NCBI GenBank assembly: GCA_964505525.1
Contig: CAZDIQ010000001.1
Coordinates: 5,544 to 69,543, forward strand
Origin: an uncultured Acidimicrobiaceae bacterium
GTDB lineage: Bacteria; Actinomycetota; Acidimicrobiia; Spongiisociales; UBA5794
Direction of reading: 5' to 3'
DNA length: 64,000 nt
In this document: positions 8,229-18,657 of the stretch, piece after piece
Numbering within the stretch: the stretch's first letter is position 1
Layout: the number at the start of each line of letters is the position of its first letter
Notes under the pieces: model-generated
The model's input: the letters and a program-made list of their open reading frames with translations, nothing else
Database searches by the model: none
Told to the model about the DNA's origin: nothing
Position numbers and translations under genes: made by a program

Positions 8229-10312
8229 ACTCCGACAGGAGCGAGGACAGCCTGCTCGACGATCCCCGCGACCATTGCCTGCGGGACGCGCAGCCCGTTG
8301 ACCGGACGGATATCACGCAACAGGTTGTCTTCGGCGTACTGCTGCATGTCCTCGGCCAGCCGGAACGCTGCGAACGATGCCCGGTCAGCAGCGTCGCGCG
8401 GTTCGAACCCGACTCCTTCCAGATAGTCGGACATCCAGGCCCGAGTCTGAATGGACAGTTCATCCCACGCGTCCTTCAACAGCACCTTCGGCGTCAGGGA
8501 GAACTCGGTCAACTCGCCAGCGGTGACCATCGACATGACCTGCGTCGCACGGACGTGCTTCACCCGGTCACGCAGGATCGGGTTCTTCGTCTTCGCCAGA
8601 TTCACGATCCGGTTCCCGGCGCGTTCCATCGCCCGGCCGAGAGCGGCGTCAGCGGCAGTCGTCAACCGTTCAACCATCATCGACGCGACCACAGCCTCAT
8701 CAACGTTCGCCGGTTCCTCCGAACCGGTAGCAGGCACAGTCTCATCGGGTGCCACCGGATCGTTCTCCGTCGTCTCGTTGTCGAGCGGGGTGCCGACCTG
8801 GCCGATCTGCTCCGCGTCGACGTCCTCCATGCCAGAGATCAACGGCAGCAACTTCGCGTACACCGCTGGCTGCGTCGACACCAGCTGCCACAGACGACGC
8901 TGACGGATCGTGTCCTTCGACGCCAGGTCGGCCTTGCTGAACCCGTTGGCCGTGAGAATCGCCTCGTCCGACAGCCAGTCAGCAAGGTCACGGGCCGACT
9001 TCGCTTCGTCATTCCGGGCGATGACCGGCGACGGATCAAACTCAACCTTGAACCCGGCGGCCTCCTCCTCAGACATGCCCTCGAACGCCATCAGCATCGG
9101 ACGCAGATACGAGTTCGTGATGAAGTCGGCGATCAGCTGCCCGATCGGCTGGATGTGCTTGACGATGAACTCGGCGTCGATGTTCGCTGCGGTCCAATGA
9201 TTCGCCGTCGACTTGCCGGACACGATCTCCGGAGGGGCGTCCAAGCCTGCCGCCAACCGGCCGAGCGCCTCTTGACGGAGCGACTGCAACGACAAGGCAT
9301 CCAGGTCGCGGGCCAGCACGATGATCTCAATCCCGGAGCCGCCCTCGCGGCGTGGCCCGGTGATCGCCAACGGCATTACCCGTGACGCCGACGTCGGGTC
9401 GAGCAGCGGGGCCGTCATGTGTTCGAACAGTTCGTCGACGAAGTCCGGTTCGCCGTCCTCGACGTCAGGGTCCGAGTCGTCGAGCGGCGTCGCGCCCATC
9501 ACCTGCAAGTCGTCCGGGATGTAGATGAGGTTCGCCGGGATACGCGACTTAGCGATGGCGTCGACCACCTGTGTGAGCGTGACGATCTCCTGCAAGATGG
9601 GCAGAACCCGGCGAACCTCAGAGTCAGCCAGATCCGAGTAACGCGGCGACGACCGCCAGATACGAGCCGTGTACGACTCGTCGTCCATCGGGACGGCCTC
9701 TGTGAAGTTCGCCCGCTTCCGCATCAACTTGCCTTCGGCGTCAACGTAGACCTCGTCGACCGACAGGAACTCCCACACCAAGTCCTGGTTCTCGTCGTTC
9801 GTGCCGCACAGATGCGCCTCACCCGTGCAGTACAAGTTCCAGGCGCAGCGGCGCACAAGGTCTTCCATGCCGCCCTGCGGGCCGACGAACGCCCGCATCA
9901 CGTTCGACGGCCGGTCGTCGTAGTCGTCGTCGGTTTCGTCCTTGTCGTCGATGGCCGGGTCGTTCGCCAGCCAGCTGGCCTGTTCCTTCGACCACTTCCG
10001 GACCGGGAACGAGCACAACGACACAGTGTTCGCCTGCAAGTTCAGCACCGCCCCGAGTTCCCCGACCTCGATCGCGAAGTCCATCGACTTCTGCTGCCAC
10101 GTCCGGTCGGTCTTCGACATGAGCCGACGCCGCGAACGGATGACCCGATCCTCGTCGCTGATCTTGCGGAGCGCCGACGACGACACTTTCGGGTTCCGGG
10201 ACGGTTGCTGCATCGCGAACTCGACCGGCTTCGTGGAGAACAGACGCTTCTTGCCCTCATCCAACGACACAGGCTTCTTCGGTTGACGCGCCATCGGCGT
10301 CACGCTACTCAA
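8225..10312 (-). CDS. portal protein
   Basis: 695-aa acidic protein directly upstream of the MuF gene; size, position and composition typical of portal proteins. No motif-level proof. Confidence 0.5.
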   Translation of the reverse strand: MSSVTPMARQPKKPVSLDEGKKRLFSTKPVEFAMQQPSRNPKVSSSALRKISDEDRVIRSRRRLMSKTDRTWQQKSMDFAIEVGELGAVLNLQANTVSLCSFPVRKWSKEQASWLANDPAIDDKDETDDDYDDRPSNVMRAFVGPQGGMEDLVRRCAWNLYCTGEAHLCGTNDENQDLVWEFLSVDEVYVDAEGKLMRKRANFTEAVPMDDESYTARIWRSSPRYSDLADSEVRRVLPILQEIVTLTQVVDAIAKSRIPANLIYIPDDLQVMGATPLDDSDPDVEDGEPDFVDELFEHMTAPLLDPTSASRVMPLAITGPRREGGSGIEIIVLARDLDALSLQSLRQEALGRLAAGLDAPPEIVSGKSTANHWTAANIDAEFIVKHIQPIGQLIADFITNSYLRPMLMAFEGMSEEEAAGFKVEFDPSPVIARNDEAKSARDLADWLSDEAILTANGFSKADLASKDTIRQRRLWQLVSTQPAVYAKLLPLISGMEDVDAEQIGQVGTPLDNETTENDPVAPDETVPATGSEEPANVDEAVVASMMVERLTTAADAALGRAMERAGNRIVNLAKTKNPILRDRVKHVRATQVMSMVTAGELTEFSLTPKVLLKDAWDELSIQTRAWMSDYLEGVGFEPRDAADRASFAAFRLAEDMQQYAEDNLLRDIRPVNGLRVPQAMVAGIVEQAVLAPVGV

Positions 10313-10326
10313 CCGCGGACAGAGAT

Positions 10327-11022
10327 TCAGCGACCGGCGACCAGCAGATCGCGGGCTTCGACCAGACGACGGAAGTCGTCGGCCGAACCGCCCGCGTCAG
10401 GATGCAACCGTTTCGCCGCCGTCCGGAACGCGGCCTCTACCTCATCGGCGTGGAACAACGCCGAGAACAGGACGTCGGCTTCCGTTTCCATGAACCGCTT
10501 CGCTTCGTCGTACGACATCGCGGCGGGCATCGGCATGCCCGAGCCGAGTTCGTTCCAGCCCTTGTACTGCTGACCGTCACGGGCGATGCCGTACCGGTCC
10601 ACGAGCCGCAGAGCTTCCAGTCCGAGAGCGACAGCGCGGACGTTGTCCTGCCACACAGGCCGCCCGCTGCCCCAAGGTGAGTGGATGAACTTGTCCGACG
10701 CATACCGCAACGGCCCGTACTGCGACTGGAACGAAACGATCACACCGTGATAGCCGGGCGGGCGGGCGTCGGCCCGGATGCCGCCGTCTCGACGGAAGTC
10801 CTTCGGACGGATGTCGACCTGCAACACGATCTCGCAACCCGCGGTGGCGATCATGTCGACCTCGCGGAACAGCAGGGACTTCGTCTGCGTCCACGTCGAG
10901 TCGAACCGGGACCGTTGCGGGTTCGGTTCACGCTTGAACGGCCACCCGGATTCGAACGGCCGGGCTACCAGCCGGTCAGTCACCGTCGTCCTTGCGGGCC
11001 TCGGCTTCGTCCGGTGTCTCAA
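10327..11022 (-). CDS. J-domain (DnaJ-like) protein
   Basis: C-terminal 'MSYDEAKRFMETEADVLFSALFHADEVEAAFRTAAKRLHPDAGGSADDFRRLVEARDLL' contains the invariant HPD tripeptide in J-domain helix II/III context. Confidence 0.6.
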   Translation of the reverse strand: MRHRTKPRPARTTVTDRLVARPFESGWPFKREPNPQRSRFDSTWTQTKSLLFREVDMIATAGCEIVLQVDIRPKDFRRDGGIRADARPPGYHGVIVSFQSQYGPLRYASDKFIHSPWGSGRPVWQDNVRAVALGLEALRLVDRYGIARDGQQYKGWNELGSGMPMPAAMSYDEAKRFMETEADVLFSALFHADEVEAAFRTAAKRLHPDAGGSADDFRRLVEARDLLVAGR

Positions 11023-11383
11023 CCACGATGTGTAGTTCGTCCTCGTCCAGTTCCTCCAAGTCGAAGCCCGGATACCACTGCACGAACGTCGACAGCAGCA
11101 GCGACCCGGCCAACGCGTTCAACACGACGCGGGGAAGCGGCAGCCGGTACAGGACGACGCAGCCGAGCGTCACCCAGAACCCGAGGCAGTGCGGGCAGCC
11201 GGTCAGATCGCCGAACCAGAACCGGATGCGAGTCCTCCGCATGTCGATCGAGCCGTCCTCACGGACCGATACCTCCGACAGCTTCTTCTCCAACACGGCG
11301 CGCGGCTTCTTGCCGATCTCCTCGAAGAACCATGCCCGGATGAGACGGGTAGCCGCCAACGCGGCCATCGCCGTGCGGATCAC
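10976..11383 (-). CDS. putative membrane protein
   Basis: Hydrophobic segments 'FWVTLGCVVLYRLPLPRVVLNALAGSLLLSTFVQW'; ATGA-type coupling to upstream gene. Confidence 0.35.
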   Translation of the reverse strand: MIRTAMAALAATRLIRAWFFEEIGKKPRAVLEKKLSEVSVREDGSIDMRRTRIRFWFGDLTGCPHCLGFWVTLGCVVLYRLPLPRVVLNALAGSLLLSTFVQWYPGFDLEELDEDELHIVVETPDEAEARKDDGD

Positions 11384-11820
11384 TTCGACCTGCCCTTCGT
11401 GGACTTGGTCTTCGGTTGCGGATTGAACCGTCGTTCGGTCTTCGGCTTCGACGGCAACACGGGCAGACCAGGGTCGTCGTCTTCCAACACGACGACCCCG
11501 ACCTGACGAGACTTCGACGGGACAGGCGGGTTCTCACCAAACATGGTGACGTACGCCGCCTGCGATTCGGGGGTGCGGAGCCGGTCGGTTTCACCGGCCC
11601 ACCACAGAATCGTCCGCCACTCCCAGGCACGGACACCGTTCACGTTGTCGTAGTCCGGTGGCGGCAACACACCACGACGGCGCATCATGTGCACCGACCG
11701 TTCCTGGACGCCGAGACGAGGCCCGATCTCCAACGCTCCGACCGGGTCCGGGTCACACGTCGGCGACGGTGGCACCGGTCGGTCGAATGGTCGCCACGTG
11801 CCGTTCGTGTCGTCGCTCAT
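11380..11820 (-). CDS. hypothetical protein, possible HTH DNA-binding
   Basis: Start placed at ATG with strong SD (GGAGGGAG) about 8 nt upstream. 'LEIGPRLGVQERSVHMMRRRGV' resembles an HTH. Confidence 0.4.
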   Translation of the reverse strand: MSDDTNGTWRPFDRPVPPSPTCDPDPVGALEIGPRLGVQERSVHMMRRRGVLPPPDYDNVNGVRAWEWRTILWWAGETDRLRTPESQAAYVTMFGENPPVPSKSRQVGVVVLEDDDPGLPVLPSKPKTERRFNPQPKTKSTKGRSK

Positions 11821-11859
11821 GGTGCTCCCTCCATCGGCCCGGCAATGTAGCACATCATG

Positions 11860-13935
11860 TCACGCCTCTCCGCCCAATGCTCGTTTCAGCAGACGGGCAA
11901 ACACTTCGCCGTAGGTCGACGTCGCAGCGATCTTCGCCTTGTCGCCGTCCGTGACAAACCGCATCTCCGCACGTTTCGTCGCCAGGACATCCATCCGGAT
12001 CTCGTCGATCGTGTCGACGCACACCAGATAGTGAGCGGCGATCGGATGCGGGTCGTTCATCCGCCACGCCGCCCGAGCATCAGCCTGATCGTGCTGGCCC
12101 GGTGTCCAGCACAGCTGCGCGTGCAGCACATTGTGCGCCTCAGTCAATGTGAGCCCCTCGCCCGCGGCGTCGATCTGTAGGACGATCGCCTGCAACGGCT
12201 CCAAGCCTTCGACGCCCTGGAACCGGTCGACGATCACGTCCCGGTCAGCGCGCTTCACCGACCCAGCGATGCGCGGTATCGGCGGGTCGACCGCCGTCGT
12301 CAACGCGTCGATCATGTCGATGTTCTCGGCGAACACCAGCAGCTTCTCCCCCGAGTCGAGGAAGTCGGCCGTCCATTCCTTCGCCGCGTGGATCTTCGCC
12401 TGCCCAGCCAACCGGCACAAGGTGTTCACCAGCATCAGCTGCGCCGCTGACCCCGCCTTCATCGCCGCGGCGACCGCCGCCGACTCCGGGTCCTGACCGA
12501 GTTCGATCGCCTTCTCGCGGGCCTTCGCCACGAGGAACTCCAGGAAGTTCTCCTCCGCCGCCCGATACTCGGCCAGCACAGCCGGGTCACCGTCGACGTA
12601 AGTGACCTGCGGGACGATCTCCGAAGTCCCGTCCTCGTTCAACACGCCGAGAGCCTTCAACACTTCGTCCGGGTCGGGACGCCAAGCGCACACCGTCCGC
12701 AACCGGCGCGACAGACGTTCGTCGGCGCGCAGCTGCTTCTTCGTTCCGAACTGGCCGCCCCGACCGATGATCGTCAACTGCGGGTGAACCTCATCCCGCT
12801 TGTTCCGGACCGGTGTCCCCGTCAACAGGTAACGGGGGGAGGCCATCGGCATCGACGCCGACACCGCCGCGACACCCTTCGTGCGACGGGTCCGCAGATT
12901 GATACAGCGATGACCCTCGTCGACGATCAACGACTTCACGCCGAGCGCTATGAACTGGTTCGACCAGGACGAGTCGCGGTCAGGGTCCCCGATGATGTCG
13001 TAGTTGCAGACCCAGTAGTCGGCCAGACGGTCGCCGAGCAGTTCCTTCGCCCGGCCGAGCCGATCCGCCTTGATCCCCTCACACACAACCGACGACCGGT
13101 GCGGGGTGATCGCCTTGATCTCGCGCGTCCAGTTCGTCTTCAACCCGGACGGTGGCACCACCAGACATGGGAACACGTCCTCACCCTGCGAGGCCAACTG
13201 TTCGAGAGCGGCGATCGCTACGGTCGTCTTGCCTGCGCCCATCGTGGCCCACGAGAAACACTGCCGCGCCGTGGCGAGATACTCGACACCGGGATGTTGG
13301 AACGGGCGAAGCTCGCGGACGACCTTGTCGGTCAGCAGCCAACCCTCCGAAGGTTCCAACGCCCGCGACAAGGCCAGCATCCGTTCGGCTTCCTCGATCG
13401 CCCGCGTCAGGTTCGACGCGTTCCCGACGAACTGCACCCTCGCTAGGACGCGCAGGTCGAGAACGACATCAGTGGCGTTCTCGTTCGGGATGAACCAACG
13501 GCCTGTCGCCATCTCCTGACGGCCGTCAGCCTTCTCCAACATCTGCCAGACGTCCTTACGGAACGGTCCCTCGACGATCAGTTGATCGCCCTCTGCTGAC
13601 ACCCGGTAAGGGAACTCGTCGGGTGACAGTTCAGGGATGGCCTTCACCGCTTGCGAGAGAACCCAGCCGTGTATGTGGGCCAGGTGGCGGATCTGTTGAA
13701 CGTTGCCGATGTGGATGGCCCACCGGTTCGCTTCCCGGTCGTATCGGTAGCCGGGGATCGACTTGATCGCCGTGATGTAGCCGTGGTGCTTCTCGGAGAA
13801 CTTGACGAACAACCACTGGCCGTCGCGGGTCACCACTCCGGCAACCCGGCGAGATCCGGTCTTCGTCGGCGCGGCGCGGCGCGTCGTACCGCCGCGTCGT
13901 GGAGTGCTGAACGGGAGAGCCTGACGGTTGTTCAT
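11860..13935 (-). CDS. SNF2-family DNA helicase
   Basis: Motifs 'GAGKT' (I), 'DEGH' (II), 'LTGTPVRN' (III) and C-terminal helicase motifs. Start moved to internal ATG (MNNRQ...) because the upstream 100 aa are Arg-rich overlap with the preceding gene. Confidence 0.75.
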   Translation of the reverse strand: MNNRQALPFSTPRRGGTTRRAAPTKTGSRRVAGVVTRDGQWLFVKFSEKHHGYITAIKSIPGYRYDREANRWAIHIGNVQQIRHLAHIHGWVLSQAVKAIPELSPDEFPYRVSAEGDQLIVEGPFRKDVWQMLEKADGRQEMATGRWFIPNENATDVVLDLRVLARVQFVGNASNLTRAIEEAERMLALSRALEPSEGWLLTDKVVRELRPFQHPGVEYLATARQCFSWATMGAGKTTVAIAALEQLASQGEDVFPCLVVPPSGLKTNWTREIKAITPHRSSVVCEGIKADRLGRAKELLGDRLADYWVCNYDIIGDPDRDSSWSNQFIALGVKSLIVDEGHRCINLRTRRTKGVAAVSASMPMASPRYLLTGTPVRNKRDEVHPQLTIIGRGGQFGTKKQLRADERLSRRLRTVCAWRPDPDEVLKALGVLNEDGTSEIVPQVTYVDGDPAVLAEYRAAEENFLEFLVAKAREKAIELGQDPESAAVAAAMKAGSAAQLMLVNTLCRLAGQAKIHAAKEWTADFLDSGEKLLVFAENIDMIDALTTAVDPPIPRIAGSVKRADRDVIVDRFQGVEGLEPLQAIVLQIDAAGEGLTLTEAHNVLHAQLCWTPGQHDQADARAAWRMNDPHPIAAHYLVCVDTIDEIRMDVLATKRAEMRFVTDGDKAKIAATSTYGEVFARLLKRALGGEA

Positions 13936-13954
13936 CGCAAGCGACGAGCGTAGG

Positions 13955-14698
13955 TCATCGTGCGACAGATTCGCAGAGTTCGATGGGGACGAGCAACGGG
14001 CCACTGCCAGTGTCCGGTTCGTTGCCCCAGCCTCGCGAACGGACGTCCACGGCGACGCCGATCCGTTCGCCTTCGTACATGATCCTGCCGACCGCTGGTC
14101 GTGGCTGCATCGCTCCCAACTGACCGTGGTCGGTGCCGTGCGGGGTCCGCCACCGGACCAGGCCGACGTCGTCAGCTTCGACGGTGGCGTGGCCGAGTTC
14201 GACCATCTCCGCGATCGACGCGTACTGGGCGTACATCCAGGCATCCTCGGCGTGGCGTTCGGCGGCGAGCTTCATGCCGTTCGAGGTCCGGTATTGGGAC
14301 TGGTCGTCACGGTCGTAGAACCCGAACTTGCCGTCGAACGCTGCCGGGTGCTGCTCGGCAAGTTCCGTCGCTGTGGTGACGGCCCAGGCATGTACCTTCG
14401 TGCGGACAGATTCCGATGCATCCTCGTAGCCGCAGTGACTGTCGTTCAGGCGACGGACCGCGCCGTACGACGAGACGTGCCATCCTCGTTCGCTGTCGAC
14501 CACGGTCAGCGAAGCGATGTCGTGGACGATGCCGTTCACTTCGATCGTGTGGCCGAGCCCGAACCGGTAGCCTCCGAACCGGACAGAACGTGTGAGCGCC
14601 GAGGTCAGGGCGTAGGCGACCGGCAGTGCGCCGAGCATCCGGTTGCCGACGACAAGGACTTCGGTCGGGGCGATGTCGCCCGCCAGCAGGACGTTCAT
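13955..14698 (-). CDS. hypothetical protein (247 aa)
   Basis: Clean ORF in operon, ATGA-coupled to neighbours; no recognisable motif. Confidence 0.4.
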   Translation of the reverse strand: MNVLLAGDIAPTEVLVVGNRMLGALPVAYALTSALTRSVRFGGYRFGLGHTIEVNGIVHDIASLTVVDSERGWHVSSYGAVRRLNDSHCGYEDASESVRTKVHAWAVTTATELAEQHPAAFDGKFGFYDRDDQSQYRTSNGMKLAAERHAEDAWMYAQYASIAEMVELGHATVEADDVGLVRWRTPHGTDHGQLGAMQPRPAVGRIMYEGERIGVAVDVRSRGWGNEPDTGSGPLLVPIELCESVAR

Positions 14699-14925
14699 TG
14701 TGGTTGCTCCATCAGGTCGGTTCGGTGGACGCGGGCTTCGTGGAACGTGACGTCACCGTCGCCGGTTGACGACGTCGCGCCGACCGAGCCGGTCACCGAA
14801 GCGGTGAGCGCAGCGGAACGGGCTTCGGCCAGGCAGTCGAGGCAGTCGTCGTGGAGCCAGGAGACGACCGTCCAGTAGTCCGGTTCAGTGCCGTCGTCGT
14901 TGTATTTGCCGATGCCGAACGTCAT
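14698..14925 (-). CDS. hypothetical small protein (about 76 aa)
   Basis: In-frame real-looking C-terminal part of track ORF 14695..15465; start ATG overlaps stop of upstream gene (ATGA). Confidence 0.35.
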
Positions 14926-16340
14926 GCTGCAACTCGATTCTTGCGTGTCCAGGCGGCCTTGCGGCCAGCGGTCCAGGTGTCGAAGTCGGCGGGCTTCTCG
15001 CCAGCGACGGTGACCGGAGCGGTCACGGCGACGGTGTGCTCCGGGCAGTGCGGCGTGTATCCCTTCGTGTCGGCGGTGGCGTACACGTCGTTGCGACAGC
15101 CCGACTGTTCGCACTGGTGAGCGACGAACGGGATCAGGTTCCCGTCGGCGTCGACCGGGGCCAGCTTGACCAGCTTGCATTCGGTCTGCTTGCCCCACTT
15201 CGGGTCGTCGATGTGGTTCTTCACCTTGCCGGTCCAACGGACCCGGTCGCCGACCCTGACGCCCCACAGGTCGTTGCCTGAACCGAACGTCGTGACGACG
15301 CCTTCGTCGGTCTGGACCGTGACCCGCTTCGAGGCGCCGTACGCCGTTTCGACGGTCAGTTCCACGATCACTTCGCCGATGACGACGATCTTCTCGCCGA
15401 CCTGGCCGATGAAGTTCTGGGGCCGTTCGGCCTTCGTCTCGGCCTCCTCGGTGTCCTTCCGCCACACGAACGGCAGAGCAGCCAGCAGGCCCGTCATGCG
15501 ACGGGAAACCTTCCCGGCGCTCAATGCCAGTTTGGCGTTGTAGATGAAGTCGCTGTCGTTCGCCGACTTCGTTTCCAGCCAGGCGACGACCTGATCGGCG
15601 TCGGCCCGACCGGCCGAGAGGTCGAAGCCATGAAACACTTCCGCCATCCGCTTCGCGGTCGTGCCGTAAGCGATCTCATCGGCCCGGTCACGGGTCGGCC
15701 AACCCTCGCTGGTCTTCGTGAAACCGTGGATGCGGGTCACCGCGGCGGCGATCGCGAGGTACTCCATCGGAAGAACGACGGGCTTCGCATGCCCCTGGAA
15801 GTCGTCGTCGTCGAAGAACCCGACGACCGCTTCACGGAGCCACAGGACGTTGGCCGGGTCGACACCGAGGAACTCCAACACGCAGGTCGTGCCGACAGCG
15901 AGCCACCGTTCGTCGTCGTGGCGGAACACGATCGTCGTGTTCCGTTTGACGTTGATCCCGCAGTGATCGCACAGCGAACCACGGAACCGGAACTCGTCCG
16001 GCAGGGCGATCTCGTCGGTGATCGCGCCGGGAAACAAGGCGACCCAGGCTTCACCGTCGACCAGAGTGTGGTCCAGGACGGCGATCGGAGCCCATCCGGC
16101 GTGGCGGGCTTCGAAGCCGTGGACGGTGACCTCGTCGTACTCGGTCCAGGTGCGCTTGATCCCGGTGACTTCGTCGTGTTCCTCGACGGTGACGATCTCG
16201 CCGAAGGTGACGGTGGCGGCCGGGGCGCCCAGTTTGGCGAGCCGCTTGTTCATCTTGACCAGCTTCTCGTTCACCTTCGCCGTGGCATCCGTGCGGATGC
16301 CGCGGACGGTGTGATCCACGGGGAACAGTTCAATCGTCAT
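14922..16340 (-). CDS. hypothetical protein (about 473 aa), Cys cluster, C-terminal 'TWTAGRKAAWTRKNRVAA' motif
   Basis: Long clean ORF preceded by conserved leader copy A (SD GAGAGGAAG). 'CDHCGINV...TTCVLEF' Cys motif. C-terminus shares the PGQKAA-TKK motif family. Confidence 0.5.
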   Translation of the reverse strand: MTIELFPVDHTVRGIRTDATAKVNEKLVKMNKRLAKLGAPAATVTFGEIVTVEEHDEVTGIKRTWTEYDEVTVHGFEARHAGWAPIAVLDHTLVDGEAWVALFPGAITDEIALPDEFRFRGSLCDHCGINVKRNTTIVFRHDDERWLAVGTTCVLEFLGVDPANVLWLREAVVGFFDDDDFQGHAKPVVLPMEYLAIAAAVTRIHGFTKTSEGWPTRDRADEIAYGTTAKRMAEVFHGFDLSAGRADADQVVAWLETKSANDSDFIYNAKLALSAGKVSRRMTGLLAALPFVWRKDTEEAETKAERPQNFIGQVGEKIVVIGEVIVELTVETAYGASKRVTVQTDEGVVTTFGSGNDLWGVRVGDRVRWTGKVKNHIDDPKWGKQTECKLVKLAPVDADGNLIPFVAHQCEQSGCRNDVYATADTKGYTPHCPEHTVAVTAPVTVAGEKPADFDTWTAGRKAAWTRKNRVAA

Positions 16341-16346
16341 GGGCAC

Positions 16347-16407
16347 TTCCTCTCTCGATCCGACAAAGTAAGTGTACCACGATCTGCTACAGAACGCAAC
16401 GGTCGGG
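16347..16407 (-). promoter_or_regulatory. conserved promoter/leader module copy A
   Basis: About 80% identical over 55 bp to 19680..19740; contains GTAcCA-N5-TGCTAC and SD GAGAGGAAG. Confidence 0.55.
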
Positions 16408-16770
16408 TCAGCGTTTCACGGCACCCGGTAGCTGTTCGATGTCGAGCAGGTCACGCCACACCCGGTGGAGAATCTGAGCGAACCCTCTCGAATGCTTCCG
16501 GAGGACCGCATCCTTGAAGTTGTCGTAGTCGATGTCCGCGGCTAGCTCGACGAGAGCAGCCTGCCACACGGTCCGTGGGATCGTAATGCGGTAGCGGTAG
16601 TCGGACTGACCGGGCTTCGATTCGACGATCTCGTCATCCCGATCGTCGAGCGCCTCGGTCTGCGTGAGAAAGACCAGGTCGGTGTACGACCTGGCCCGCA
16701 CCATGATGAGGTCAGGGTCGTCGCGGTGCTCGACCGCCGAGTACATGCCGAGAGTAGTGATGATCCACAT
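16408..16770 (-). CDS. hypothetical protein (120 aa)
   Basis: ORF between clamp gene and 473-aa gene. Confidence 0.4.
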   Translation of the reverse strand: MWIITTLGMYSAVEHRDDPDLIMVRARSYTDLVFLTQTEALDDRDDEIVESKPGQSDYRYRITIPRTVWQAALVELAADIDYDNFKDAVLRKHSRGFAQILHRVWRDLLDIEQLPGAVKR

Positions 16771-16783
16771 GTGTTTGAGCCTC

Positions 16784-17839
16784 TCAGTTCGGGCACCGGA
16801 CAGGCATCTGCAACAGAGTCCAGCCGGGGGCAGAGGGGTGGATCAGGACGGGCTTCAACTCGTCGAACACGGTGACCGTCACCGTGTCAGCGTCAGCCTC
16901 GGCCAGTACCTGACGGAGCAGTTTCGGGTTCAACGACACGGTCGGAACCTCCCGGTCAGTCTCAACGGGGATACCGGACTTCGATCCGGCGACGTCGCGC
17001 ATCGTGACCACCAGTTCGTCGTCAACGACAACGAACCTGGCCGACGCCCCTCCGGCCAGTTCCAGCTTGCCGAGACGGGCAGCGAGTTGACGACGGTCGA
17101 CCGTGAACGACGAACCGTACCCGGTCGGGATCAAGGCCTGCCAACTCGGGAACTCGCCGATCGTCTGACGGACCACAACAGACGTCGTGGCGTTGAAGAA
17201 GTGCACGGTGTCATTCGTTGCGAAGTCGACGTTCAGGTCGTCCCCGTCGAACATGGCGGCCACGATCTGGACACCGTCGCTGGGCAGCAGGACCGGCCTG
17301 CCGAAGTCGACGACATCGTCAACAACCATCAGACGGTACGAGTCCGTCGCGACCGCACGACCGGCGTCGAACAGCACCGACGTCAAGACAGCACGAGTCG
17401 GGTCAATCGACGCGGCCGTCGCGGCGAGACGGGCAGCCCGAGCGAACCCGGTCGAATCGACCTCAATGGGATCGTTCCGGTCCGGGATGACATACACCGG
17501 GTTCTCCATGAACGACAGCGAGTATTCCAAGTCGCCTGCGACCATGACGACCTCGTCGGACGTCACGTCGAGCGAGACACGTCCGGCGTGAGCCATCGCC
17601 CTCGCGAACCGCTTCAACAGCCCGGCGTCGACTGTGATCGTCGTCGCCTTCTTCCCGGCGACCGGGATCTTCGCCGACGCGGTCGTCATGTAGTCGGTCG
17701 CCGTGACCGTAACCCGTTGGTCACGGAACGCGAGAGTGATCGAACCGGCAGACGCCCTGCCGACAAGTGTCACCGCCTTAGCGAACGCGGTTGCGTCGGT
17801 AGTGAACGTGGCCGTCTTCACGGCGAGAGAAGTAGACAT
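16784..17839 (-). CDS. dnaN: DNA polymerase III beta sliding clamp (DnaN) homolog
   Basis: 'DSYRLMVV', 'FPSWQALIP', 'LNPKLLRQVL', 'KPVLIHP' correspond to conserved DnaN blocks. Start set at ATG (MSTSLAV) with AAAGGA SD. Confidence 0.65.
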   Translation of the reverse strand: MSTSLAVKTATFTTDATAFAKAVTLVGRASAGSITLAFRDQRVTVTATDYMTTASAKIPVAGKKATTITVDAGLLKRFARAMAHAGRVSLDVTSDEVVMVAGDLEYSLSFMENPVYVIPDRNDPIEVDSTGFARAARLAATAASIDPTRAVLTSVLFDAGRAVATDSYRLMVVDDVVDFGRPVLLPSDGVQIVAAMFDGDDLNVDFATNDTVHFFNATTSVVVRQTIGEFPSWQALIPTGYGSSFTVDRRQLAARLGKLELAGGASARFVVVDDELVVTMRDVAGSKSGIPVETDREVPTVSLNPKLLRQVLAEADADTVTVTVFDELKPVLIHPSAPGWTLLQMPVRCPN

Positions 17840-17853
17840 GGGTTGGGGTCCTT

Positions 17854-18657
17854 TCATTGCATGGATTGAGCTTCGGTGAGAAGCGGACCGTCGTAACCGA
17901 GTTCGGTCAACGTGTCCGACATTCTTCGAGTGAGATCGAGCAGCGCCGCAACGGATCGCTTCTGTCCGGTCATGGCTTTCGCCTTGTCGATCCACGGTTC
18001 AGGTTGCAACGCGAACCCGAACTGCATCTCGGCAGACTTGGCCTGTTCGGCGGCGATCTCGTCGACCAGTTTCCGGAAACGGACGGCCCCCATCCGAGGG
18101 TTCGCCAGCCACGCTTTCAAGCCGACCGACTGGTGGGCCGAGTCGAGTCGACGTAGCTCCAACGCTGCGGCAGGAGTGACCGCCTCAGCGTCGATCGCGG
18201 CTTGAACGTCGGAACCGAGTTCGAGCAGGTCGAGTCGCCACCGGACACGGAACTCGGCGACCCCCGCGATCGCAGCGATCTGTTCGACGGTCTGCCCGGC
18301 GTCGCGTCGTTTGCCGTAGGCGCGGGCTTCCTCCATGATCGACAAGTTCACGCGGCCGGTGTTCTCGGCGAGCATCAAATCGGCCTCGGCCTGTTCGTCG
18401 ACGTCGCGGATCGTCGCTTCGATCGTTACCCGGCCGAGCAGCTGATAGGCGCGCCAGCGGCGTTCCCCGGCGATCAGCCGGAAGCGGCCGTCGTCGAGTG
18501 GGCGCACCGCGATCGGTTCGGCGAGTCCGACCGCGGCGATCGACGCGGCCAACTGTTCGAGTTCGGCCAGGTCGAACACCTTCCGGTCGTTCGTGCCGGT
18601 GACGATCTGGTCGACCGGGATCGTGTCGACGTTCACTGGACGGTCACCATTCGGCAC
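17854..18657 (-). CDS. parB: ParB-like partition/nuclease-domain protein
   Basis: 'FRLIAGERRWRA' matches the ParB-N GERRxRA box, plus 'NLSIMEEARAY' in an HTH region. Confidence 0.6.
   Translation of the reverse strand: MPNGDRPVNVDTIPVDQIVTGTNDRKVFDLAELEQLAASIAAVGLAEPIAVRPLDDGRFRLIAGERRWRAYQLLGRVTIEATIRDVDEQAEADLMLAENTGRVNLSIMEEARAYGKRRDAGQTVEQIAAIAGVAEFRVRWRLDLLELGSDVQAAIDAEAVTPAAALELRRLDSAHQSVGLKAWLANPRMGAVRFRKLVDEIAAEQAKSAEMQFGFALQPEPWIDKAKAMTGQKRSVAALLDLTRRMSDTLTELGYDGPLLTEAQSMQ

Noticed and set aside
14695-15465. 256-aa ORF 14695..15465
   Set aside because: The N-terminal 180 aa are Arg-rich antisense to the 473-aa gene. Only the C-terminal ~76 aa (14698..14925) look genuine.
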